NCBI RefSeq assembly: GCF_025526975.1
Contig: NW_026515668.1
Location: 1 to 64,000 of the forward strand
DNA from: Fimicolochytrium jonesii
Lineage: Eukaryota
Length of the DNA: 64,000 bases
Direction: 5' to 3'
In this document: one piece after another, positions 1 to 9,621 of the stretch
How the letters are laid out: each line of letters starts with the position of its first letter
How positions within the stretch are numbered: position 1 is the stretch's first letter
Notes under the pieces: generated by a model
What the model was told of the DNA's origin: nothing
Database searches by the model: none
The model's input: only the letters and a program-made list of their open reading frames with translations
Translations under genes and position numbers: made by a program

Positions 1-21
1 CTGGCTCTTAGGCATTGGGGG

Positions 22-1963
22 ATGATGCCAGGAGGTGAGTGCCAAGCGGAGCGGAGAGAGTCGCGAGTACGAGAGCGAGCGGCTTTTGAGATGCGTGATG
101 GATCATTGCTAACACCCCTCTTTCTCATCAATAGGACGCCTTGCAAACCGGGCAACGATGGTGATAGTGATCCTCCTGACCGCCGGACTCTCAATAACAG
201 TCTTGAGCTCGCTAAGCTCGTCAACACCCGACTACATACCTACATCAGACAGCTCACAACGACATAAACAACTAGACCCAGACACAGCCGTCCTGAACCT
301 AGAAACAGGCTTCCGCGCCCCGAAAGTAGAAGGCGTGCATCTCACCTCCGACCTCGAATCTGAATCCCTCTGGGAGCGCAACCGGCAATACGCCATTGTC
401 ATAGACGCGGGAAGTTCCGGGTCGCGCGTGCAAGTGTATTCATGGACAAATCCGGCGTTTGCGCGCAAGGCGCTCGGTCAAAACGCCATGAATAGATTAC
501 CCGTCATCGAAAAGGGCGACGAGAAGGGCGAACGCTGGACGTTCAAGGAAGACCCCGGAATCTCCTCTTTTGCATCAAGACCCGAAGCCATCGGGTCACA
601 TCTCCAACCTCTTTTGGATTTCTCAGACAGTGTGATCCCCAAACGGAAACGCGCCCAGACCCCCTTGTACCTCCTCGCCACCGCCGGCATGCGGCTAGTC
701 GAACCAACCGCCCGCGACCGCCTGCTCGACCGGACATGCCAGTACATCCGCTCCCACTCCCCCTACCGTCTCGACGGGGGCTGCGCCTTACACGTACGTG
801 TCATCTCCGGCGAGCTAGAGGGCATCTACGGCTGGGTGACGGTCAACTACCTCAAGAACGGGTTCGACGTCGCCAACGACCCCAACACTCCCAAAAAACA
901 TACGTTTGGATTCCTGGATATGGGCGGGGCGTCGACGCAGATTGCATTCCAGCCGACGCGGGATATGGCCGAACGGCATAGCGATGATTTGACGACGATG
1001 AAGTTGAGGTTCTTGGATGGGGTGGAGATGACTTATCGCGTTTTTGTGACGACTTTCTTGGGGTTTGGGGTGAATGAGGCTAGGAGGCGGTACCTAGAAG
1101 GTTTGACCGCCGCGGATAGTTCTCATACGGATACGACCAATTTGCCAATCCCCGAACCCTGCCTCCCCACTGGCCTCCTCTACAAAGACCCCCACCTCGC
1201 CTCCACGACGCCCACCCCAACCTTCCTCGGCACCGGCTCCTTCACCCAATGCCTCACCTCCCTCCTTCCCCTCCTCAACAAATCCCTGCCCTGCCCAGAT
1301 CGCCCCTGCCTCTTCAACGGCGTGCACGCGCCCGTCTCGAACGCGTTGCACTTTCTGGGTGTGAGCGAGTACTGGTACACCGCGTCGGACGTGTACGGCC
1401 TCGGAGGTAGCTACAACCACTCCCTTTTCCTGGACTCCACCACAAAGTTCTGTTCACAGCCGTGGCCGGAGATCCAACAACACTTTGGTGAAAAGCGATG
1501 GCCCATGGTGAACGATATCGACCGGCTGAAACTCCAGTGCTTCAAATCAGCCTGGATCATGAGTGTCCTGCATGACGGGCTTGGCGTGCCGAGGGAGATG
1601 GTGCGTGTGCCGAACGATGAGGATGACAGTGGGAGGGGGGTGGATGTGCATGGCGAGGGTGCGAGTTCCGATCCGGCGTTTGAGAGTGTGAACGAGATTG
1701 GGACGTTTAGTGTGAGTTGGACGTTGGGGGCGATCTTGCTGCATGTTGCTGCTACTATACCGAGGGCGGACGGGGAAGCGCAGGGGGTGGTGGGGAGGGT
1801 GGTGAAGTGGGTTTTGGGGATGGTTTTGATGGGAGGTGTGGGAGGGGGACTGCTGTGGCAGTGGAGGAAGAGGAAGCGGCTGACAAGGAAGTATTCGGAT
1901 GTTGCGCAGGTTGATCCGGATGGGGTGGGAAGGATTGAGATTGTTTATGAGCGGCCGAGGTGA
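22..1963 (+). CDS. YND1: Golgi apyrase / nucleoside phosphatase (GDA1/CD39 family)
   Basis: Apyrase conserved regions IVIDAGSSGSR, LLATAGMR, ISGELEGIYGWVTVNY, FLDMGGASTQI and VSWTLGA, plus a C-terminal TM helix followed by basic residues. Exon 22-34 joins in frame to 135 through a GTGAGT..CTAAC..TAG intron (35-134). Confidence 0.9.
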
Positions 1964-2129
1964 TTGCGTAGTCAGCTATGTTTTTAGCTACATTACATCT
2001 CCCCTTATATCGGGATCCTTTGTAAAAAGGCAATGCTTTCAGTTGAGTAATCCCTTGATGCAATAATATTGTTCCAACGATCGTAACATTTCCTTGTCCT
2101 GTCCATTTCCTCGCGTCATGCGTGTGCAA

Positions 2130-2247
2130 GTCACATCAACGCTCCTCCCTACGTCAGAGTTTCAACTACAAGTTGCCATCATCGGCGATGCCTCCGGCAG
2201 AGGTACAATGATGTGGATGGCAGATAACCACCACGGCAAATTCTAGA
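2130..2247 (-). ncRNA. candidate Fanzor omegaRNA scaffold
   Basis: Lies directly 3' of the Fanzor stop, where omegaRNAs are encoded. Nested stem TGCCATC..CCTCT-GCC-GGAGG..GATGGCA (~2174-2222) plus a small overlapping CAACT-TGT-AGTTG hairpin. Boundaries are guessed. Confidence 0.4.
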
Positions 2248-5200
2248 CTACTGGTTACGGGAGAATGCGTCTGGTCTGCCATTGCCAAGCACCACCGAAC
2301 GCACAATCGAGAGGAAATTCTTGGTACTTAGGACGTCCCGATTGTGCACTTTCATCCGTAGTCATAGTGGTCGTCTTCCAGCAGGAATCTCAAATGGCGT
2401 CCAGTCTTGGTTGATACATTCGGGGTTGCGGCAACCCACCAATCCATGGACGAATTCCATTCTTCCCTTTCTAGCTTGCCACGGCCGAGATGACAGCCGT
2501 CGTCGGATGTTTTTCTTCACACGGCCGTGGCAGTTGGGGCACACGGACGATGTTCGATACTCATCTAGCAAGTAGCATGGAATGCTGCTTCTTGCAAAGA
2601 GTGTGCGGAATCTGATTTCCATGATGAGTTGGCATATTAAAATACATAGCAGGTACCACCAATGATAATCACTCACCCTTTGGTCTTCGACGACTCCTGA
2701 AAGCGCATGGTCTTTCCAGCGTCGCTCCAATCACCCAAGATGACTGAAAAATGCTTTCCATACAGGCGTCGCATGTTCTTGATGAGCTTGCTCTCAGACT
2801 TTTGCCGCAGTGAGAACGCCTTGAATCTGCGAGCCACGTGAACCTCATCCTGGTAAAACTCATCCAGGGCGGGATCTGGGATATGGATGGATGTCAGCCC
2901 ATGTGTTACCAAAGTTGAAAATCAAAGTTGAAGTAGAACATCATACCCGCATGTTTGTAATCCACAATGAACGCTGAGAACACCTCGATGTTCATGCTCT
3001 TGTGCGACGGAATATGTGATTCCATCTCAGCAATGCCGGCATTGGTCTTTCGCTCTCTCATGTCTCTTTGAAAGTACCGAGACTTTGTCTTGACCGCCCG
3101 TTGATTGGATGTGTATCTGGTATGGGGTGGTGCATTGTGAGAACGCGGCAACGGAATGTCGAACAAAGGGGATGGTGGGGATGGTGACGGGAGGGGATGG
3201 TGGGGATGGGGACGGGGACAGGGTTGAGGAGGGCGTTCATTGGGATAGCGGCGACAGTGGGGACAGCGGCGACAGCGGGGACGGCGGCGACAGCAGGGAC
3301 AGAGGCGACAGCGGAGCGGGGACAGCGAAGCGGGGACAGCGGCGACAGCGGGGATAGCGGAGACAGCGGGGATAGCGGAGGTACTGCAGATCGAATTCAG
3401 TCGCCGTCGCAGTCGCAGTCGCCATGCATTGCTCCGCATTCTGATCTCATTGAATGTTCCGCCAACTTCCGCGATCGCTTGAGTCCAGCTTGGAGTAGGA
3501 GCCGGGCTCGCGCTTCGCGCTTCACGACTACGACGGCGAAGCGACAACACATCCCATGCCGGTCGACCTCCCGCAAGCGGCGGTCGTGCTCAGCACAGGA
3601 AGCGTCGAGATCAGCGATGGCGGAAGTTGATAGCATAAAGTTGATGGCGTAACCAACAGCGGCGACAGCGGCAACAGCGGGTACGGCGGGGACAGCGGGG
3701 AGGGACAGCGGGGACAGCAGGGCGGTAGTAATCAACTGAAACGTACCAAAATGGCTGCTCCTTCTTGTTGTCTCGACAGAATAGGAGGTCACGCTTGCCC
3801 GGATCAATGCAGACAATGTTTGGAGCCTCCCTTAATTTGTCAATGTGGTGCTCAAAACACAGTTGCTTGACTTCTTCCTGCATTTGGGCCTTGCTGCGCT
3901 TCCGGGCCCGATACCCATACTTGAGCCCTGGCTTCTTGAAGTGGATGGTAACGGAATACCCGTTGGCGCTAATTGACCCATCGAACTTGAGACCAAGCTT
4001 CTTTCGATGTTTGAAGACCTTGTCCTATAATCCGTCATTCAGCAACGTAATCTGATTGAAATAAGCACATAAGGATAGAGACTTACATTCACGTTGATAA
4101 ACTGCCCCCACAGCTCCCGCTTGCGTTCATCAGTGAGTCTTCCCATGCAACGTCTGCTGACATCCAGGATATGAGTACTCAGGATCAGCGTGTCCATCCG
4201 AACAGGCGACTGGATTCAAGATTTGCGCAGTGGAATAGCAGAAAACAGCCGCATTCCACGGCGCTCATAAAGGCGTGAGAGCTCACAATAGGCACCTGTG
4301 GTGAAACAGGAGTGGACCATGATTAGACAAAAGAGGAAGCCGAGGGGGGGGGGGGGGGCAAAAGGGGCGGGCGGTTACGCCAACGCCATGGCGGTGGGCA
4401 AGAGCATCGGGCGTGCCCCGGGCCCGCTGTGCGCGCACTGGGGGCGTCGTCGAGGCGGGGGAGGAGGAGGGGGGGGGGGAGCCCGCAGGAGCCAAGCGTG
4501 CGGGCGCCCAGCGGCAACAGCGCATCGCGAACCACGTCGGCCGGGGTCCCGGCAAGCAACCACTCGGCCAGGTCGGGGTATCAAGCGAGGCGCGCGCTCG
4601 TGCCGCTGCACAGCCACGCACGGGCTGGGGGGGGGGGGGGGGGGAGGGGGGGGGGGAGGGATGAGAATATACAGGATGCAACTCACCTAAAAATGGCATT
4701 GCGTCCACCGCAAGGCTGTATGCAAGCGGTTCATCCTGGGGAGGAAACAGAGCACATAACTCGTCGAGGAGAGTCCGCTCAAGTCGTGTGAGGCCGGCAA
4801 ACTCCTCTTCCGTTGGGTACTCTTCAAATGTCGCGTACTTTGTGAATTGACGGACACGCCGATAATACTGTTGGCGCTGCGCTCAGCTGACTCCGGCTCT
4901 CCGAAGATGCAGTACGGCTTGCTTCAAACCAAGCCGCTTGTTGAAGTAGCGCAGAAGCATTTGCAGAAAATGCTCCTGTACGTTGACTTTGAGGTTAGTG
5001 AAGATGCTCGTAGCTGTGTACGCTGCAGTCTGTTGGCTATTTCGCATGCGGATGGGGGCAAATCCGTGAACATTACAGTACTCTTGAACCCGTGGACGCA
5101 ACTCTTGCGCGATGATCGGACTGCCATTGTAGCCGGGGTTGTTTAGCAGCTCAAATATCACACTAATGTGCTTGTTGGTGATGTCCGGGAAATTGTGTAG

Positions 5201-5493
5201 AGGATGATCAGCTGCGGTGAGCAGACGTAGCAGTCAGGACATTGTTTTGTGGGAAATGTACAGTGTAGTGTAAATATACAGTGTAGTGTACGCCAAAAAC
5301 TCACCAAGGTAGTACTTGAGGAAGAAGGTGGTGTGGCGCGCAAGTATGTGAACATTGCCAATGAATGTTGTCAGGTGCTCCCTTTGAGCTTGATTGTGGA
5401 TGATTCGGTGAAGTGAAACCTTGGTGCTGGCGTGTGTCTGCGGGCGGGGTCGTTGAGCTGGTGGTGGTGGCGGGGGTTCGTACACCCGGTGTG
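2248..5493 (-). pseudogene. Fanzor (Fz1-like eukaryotic TnpB homologue, RuvC RNA-guided endonuclease), multi-intron, with in-frame stops
   Basis: Hand-spliced minus-strand exons ~5493-5305, 5211-4687, 4295-4087, 4024-3747, 3116-2947, 2875-2677 and 2611-2248 are all phase-compatible (~640 codons). Motifs: FSAIPLRKS.I..PVRMDT; FDGSISANGYSV; RuvC-I VCIDPGKRDLL; YTSNQR; VILGDWS; LLDEYRTSSVCPNC..HGLVGCRNPEC (rearranged Glu plus Zn finger); RuvC-III HNRDVLSTKNF; C-terminal GRPDAFSR. Four in-frame TGA codons interrupt it. Confidence 0.9.
3241..3720. repeat. degenerate 9-bp repeat arrays (GGGACAGCG/GCGACAGCG) flanking an insert in Fanzor intron 4
   Basis: Arrays at ~3241-3380 and ~3655-3720 bracket a ~275 bp segment. 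Confidence 0.8.
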
Positions 5494-6566
5494 CTGGGAA
5501 AAAGGAAAGGGATGGGAGCAGGGAGGTTCAACGGACGCTGCAGGCCCCTGTCCACGGGTGAAAGCCCTCGCTGCTGTTGCTGATGCTGCTGCCCGTCTTC
5601 ATTGCCGGAACTCTCGCTAACCATGTCTGCAATTGCTTGGGGCAAGTGGCGTTGGACAGACGGTGGGAACTCGAATCGCGTGGGCTGCAATGGCGTCTGC
5701 ACAGCGGTTGGCAGACGTATGGGCAGCCGCGGGGTAGCCAGAGTAACCTTCCTCCTCTTCCGCCGCGGTGTGGTAGCTCCGCTAAAGATGCCACCCCACA
5801 GGTGCCCCTGGAGCGCCTGGTGTGATGACATGATGGCCATGCTGTGCTGTGCTGTGCAGGCAGGTGGTGAGATCAAGGGGACCGAGCAAAGGGGCCTGCT
5901 CTTGATGAGGATCCAGGATTCCTGCTTACCTGCGATGTCTTGAAGGCTTTTAGAGATTGGTTGGGGGTTTGCCTTGATGTGCAAGGGTGGAAGTGTGGGC
6001 AATTGTGCGCAATTGTAAGAAGGAGCTCGGTCTAGGTGTGAAAGCAGGTCTGGAATTTGTCTTCTCGCCTGTGGAGCCCTCAATGGATTTTGGGACCCAC
6101 AGGATCGGTAGTCCCTCAATTGGTCGGGACCGAAGAAGCGATCTGTTTGGCGGCAGTCGGACGGTTCCCAAGACCCCGTGGCTGAGCCTGGCGTTGGTTG
6201 TCGGCGGGGCGCACATTGTCGGTGGACGAAGTAGCCTGCGTCGGGCGAGCGTCGTCAGAGAGGTGAAGATCATCGGTGCTCGACATGCCAGGTCCGTAAA
6301 CTAGTTGTTGTCATCGGATGCGCAAAAGCTCAGCAACCCATCTTGAGTTCGTCCGCAACGAGGCTAAGGGTGGTGATTCCGGAAGTTTCGGAGGTATGGT
6401 GCAAACGGATACTGGTGAGTATGCTCTTCCGGGTAGAGAGAGGGACACACAAAGGCAGTTTTGGTCGTCGTCGGACGGTGATTCTGACTGAAAAACAGAC
6501 GGTGATTCTCGGTCTTTGTGGGAAAAAGGACGCACACGAAGCGCGAGCTCCATTCACCAGACGCCC

Positions 6567-6792
6567 AGTTAACAATCACGCCTGGCCGTGCCGGCAGTGA
6601 ATACCACGCCTGGCCGTGCCGGCAGTGGTCATAACTGTTCATCGGTTGTGGAGCAAGAGTCTGAGCGAGAGCCAGCATTCACCATTCACCATTCACCATT
6701 CATCATTCACCAGACCCACCAGAAGATAGTTAACAATCACGCCTGGCCGTGCCGGCAGTGAATACCACGCCTGGCCGTGCCGGCAGTGGTCA
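6567..6792. repeat. two ~65-bp direct repeats, each with two copies of the 23-mer CACGCCTGGCCGTGCCGGCAGTG
   Basis: 23-mers at 6577, 6605, 6738 and 6766; the blocks are offset by 161 bp and separated by a (CATTCAC)n tract. Confidence 0.95.
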
Positions 6793-7326
6793 CAACTTCT
6801 TCTACGTGTACTGGGGAATGGGCAACGGAATCTGGGGACTGGGCCACGGAATCTTGGTCTTGATCTTGGTCTTGAAATGCTGAGGAGGAAAAAGGTGTTC
6901 CGTCCGATGACGAGCGGCTATTTATACGTCCTGCACAGTATGTCCGAGCCTTCAGACTCCTACGTTTGTTTGTACGGTGATTGTTGGTTGATTGTTTCTG
7001 ATATTAGGTGGTTATTGGATTATTATATGATATGTGGATCCTCTCTAGCATTTAGCCGTGGATCTATTTTCATCAAGCCGGTGCTATTTTACTTTATGTT
7101 AGATTTAGGCCATCATACATTGCACTGGAGCCTGGAGGCGTGAGCCGGACTTTTTCTTCAGGGTCCTTTCGAATGGGTATAAAAGCAAGCCAGTGCCGAC
7201 ATTCCCCTCCCAGGCATTACCTACAAGTATCATACCACTACCGACCGCTTCAACTCCAAGGTAACAGATCCACCCAATCCCTACACTACAGTTGAGAATT
7301 AGAAGCCGCACACACAACCAAAACCG

Positions 7327-7425
7327 ATCGCCTGAGGCAGCTCGGAATAGGAGCAGCCTCGCAATACGCTATCCACGTGCGCCATCGCCTGAGGCAGCTC
7401 GGAATAGGAGCAGCCTCGCGATACG
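7327..7425. repeat. tandem 42-bp duplication, each copy a hairpin
   Basis: 7327-7368 and 7384-7425 differ by one base; each contains GAGGCAGCTC-GGAATAG-GAGCAGCCTC. Confidence 0.9.
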
Positions 7426-7625
7426 TTTGCCGTTCTACGTCACAAACCCACTCCCATGCTCCCGCGATGACCTACATACTCCGCCCCAACTAACTCACAT
7501 ACTCCCTTCACCAGGCAAATCACCATGACAGTGTCAACGTCAACGCCAGTGTCGAAGTCCAAGCCGCCACGGCGACGTTCCAAAGCATCGAGGGCTAGGG
7601 GAAAGGCGGCAACCCAACAGCGCAT

Positions 7626-8160
7626 ATGAGAAACCCAACAGTCCTTTCGTGGGCGTCCCAAGTCATCTGGCAGGCGCGCGTATATCTCAGCGAACTATGG
7701 AAGCTGACCGGCGTCGTCAACGCGAGCAAGGGTTCCCAGCATACAGTCCGACTGTCGGCTCGCGCCCCCCATGACCTCCGATGGCACTACGATACGCTCG
7801 TTCAGTGGTCTAGGGTTTGTTTGCTATCGGAGCAGGAATGGGAAACGCAAGAGCTCTTTGGCATTGCCTCTGACTCTGGCGAAATTGGTCTCGGTGTTAC
7901 TTGCAAGGACTTTTTCATCGTCGGTCGCTGGTGTCCCGGGTGCTATCACGCTGCCGGATCTTCATCAGCCCTGTTTGAAATGGCAACCATCGCGATCGGA
8001 CTCGAGACCTTTGGTCCCTACTTGTCGGGCAAGAGAGTAATCTCGGTCATGGACAACGAGGGAACGCCACCGCTTTTGCCAACGGCCGCGCTCGCTCAAC
8101 ATCTCTTTGCGAGCTCATATGGAATATCTACATGGCGAGTGTGCACTTCGAGTTCGACAT
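7626..8160 (+). mobile_element. degenerate DIRS/Ngaro-type (tyrosine-recombinase retrotransposon) connection/RNase H fragment
   Basis: DLRWH..LVQWS..L; IASDSGEIGLG (TDAS..G.G equivalent); SSALFEMATIAIGLETFGPYLSGKRVISVMDN (E..A...L.GK.V...DN pattern of DIRS RNase H). No RT core or YR domain was seen. Confidence 0.65.
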
Positions 8161-8162
8161 TG

Positions 8163-8325
8163 TATAGCAAACACGCCCAGACAGCACGGCCCAGGCAGGT
8201 CGACCTCCCGCAAGCGGCGGTCGTGCTCAACATGGGCATCGAGATCAGCATATAGCAAACACGCCCAGACAGCACAGCCCACGTAGGTCGACCTCCGCAA
8301 GCAGCGGTTGTGCTCAACATGGGCC
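8163..8325. repeat. 88-bp-period tandem repeat (about 1.9 copies)
   Basis: TATAGCAAACACGCCCAGACAGCAC..GGTCGACCTCC(C)GCAAGC..GTGCTCAACATGGGC starts at 8163 and again at 8251. Confidence 0.9.
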
Positions 8326-8510
8326 GCGTGCCCAGGCGGTCAACACCCAGCGGAGATGGGCTTGCCGGGCTTGAGCTGGAAGGAGGTGGGCGTTGGCCAG
8401 GGGGGTGAGGGGGCTGCCGTCCGCTGCGAGCGCTTGACGTTTCGTGTGAGAGGAGGAGAGTGTGGTCTTGGAGATGCGGCGATCAGCAGTGTGGACAAGC
8501 CACGACTGTG

Positions 8511-8656
8511 CCTAACCCTAACACTACCTACCTTTGTGTAAAAGTCGGCCGAGTGGTACACGGCACGGGTGGGTCAACCCTAACCCTAACCCTAACCCTA
8601 ACCCGGACTCTAACCCGGTCTCTAACCCTAACCCTAACCCGAACCCGAACCCCAAC
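8511..8656. repeat. interstitial telomere-like (CCCTAA)n tract
   Basis: Perfect CCCTAA runs at ~8576-8604 and ~8622-8640, variant units (CCCGAA, CCCGGA), and a short run at 8511. Confidence 0.9.
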
Positions 8657-8913
8657 TGGGCACGTGGTCAGGATTATATTACCCGGGTATGGGAGATTCC
8701 GTGATGAGTTATGACATGGGGGGTTTGCAGGCGGGTTTATTGGGAGTGGATGAGAATGAATGAATGAATAAGATAATGATTAGCCAGCGGCAATTGTCGT
8801 TTCGAAACTGGAGTAAACCCCCGGCCCCCCGCCTCCGACGCGCTCCCTCGCCCGCCCCGCCCTCGCAAGCAAGCGCCTAATCAAAAAAAGGCGGTCGGTG
8901 GAGGAGACTTCGC

Positions 8914-9621
8914 ATGGTGCTAAAGCTGCGAGCGGCCCGCATCGCTCGCGAGACCCGCGAATCGCAAACAAAGAACGCCTCGGCTGTGCCGGGCAAGATT
9001 TTGCCCACCCCCGATGAGCAGGTCCTCACCCAGACCCTAACCAACCACGGCATACCCGAAGTCCACCGCGTCTCCTACAAGCGCCCGCGCAACCTCCATC
9101 AACAGGCCACCCTTCGCCGGTTCGACCAGGCGAGGCTGAGGCGGTGGTGGAACTGGCATGATAAGCATATGGAGCTGTTGAGGGAGGATAAATTGCAGAA
9201 ATCGCGGAGACAGCAGTTTCTTTCCAACCTACGTACGCATGCCTGGATCACACCACCGCCGTCGCCTGCGGCCGGGCAGCAAAACCCGGAGCAGCAGCAA
9301 CAGCAGCAACGCCCGATGAACGTGCAGGCTACCGACGAGATCAAGCAGCGGAAAGAACGTGCCCAGCATCTCACGAAATTGCGCACCAGCTCAGCCCCCA
9401 ACCTTCGTTTACAAGGCGGTAAAGCGGAGGTCGTGGTGTTGTCGCCCGTCTCACCCGTCGATGCCAATAACTTTTCAACTATACCCACAGCATTTGCTTT
9501 CATTTCCCACGACACATACACACATTGCTTTCAACGTCTGCGCCTCGCCTCGCCTCTCTCTAGCCTCTATATCCATATCAACGTACGGCTTCCGCTCTGC
9601 ATATACCGTGGAGCAATGTGA
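8914..9621 (+). CDS. hypothetical protein (3' end uncertain)
   Basis: ATG-initiated 235-aa ORF with a basic helical N-terminal half and polyQ; no family recognised. Confidence 0.4.
   Translation: MVLKLRAARIARETRESQTKNASAVPGKILPTPDEQVLTQTLTNHGIPEVHRVSYKRPRNLHQQATLRRFDQARLRRWWNWHDKHMELLREDKLQKSRRQQFLSNLRTHAWITPPPSPAAGQQNPEQQQQQQRPMNVQATDEIKQRKERAQHLTKLRTSSAPNLRLQGGKAEVVVLSPVSPVDANNFSTIPTAFAFISHDTYTHCFQRLRLASPLSSLYIHINVRLPLCIYRGAM

Noticed and set aside
2906..4791. Gly/Pro/Ala-rich ORFs such as 3197-3652, 4298-4690 and 4375-4686
   Set aside because: They are translations of low-complexity repeats inside Fanzor introns.
2362..4885. TGA recoding (Trp or Sec) making the Fanzor intact
   Set aside because: Host genes in the window (YND1, derlin, UTP21) use TGA as a true stop, and Arg fits the RYT motif better than Trp or Sec.
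6567..6792. CRISPR array interpretation of the four 23-mers
   Set aside because: Spacers are 5, 110 and 5 nt and the short ones are identical. There are no cas genes and the context is eukaryotic.
1964..8900. Terminal inverted repeats or Helitron ends bounding the Fanzor element
   Set aside because: I searched by eye and found no convincing TIR pair, TSD or hairpin-plus-CTRR end, so the boundaries are left undefined.
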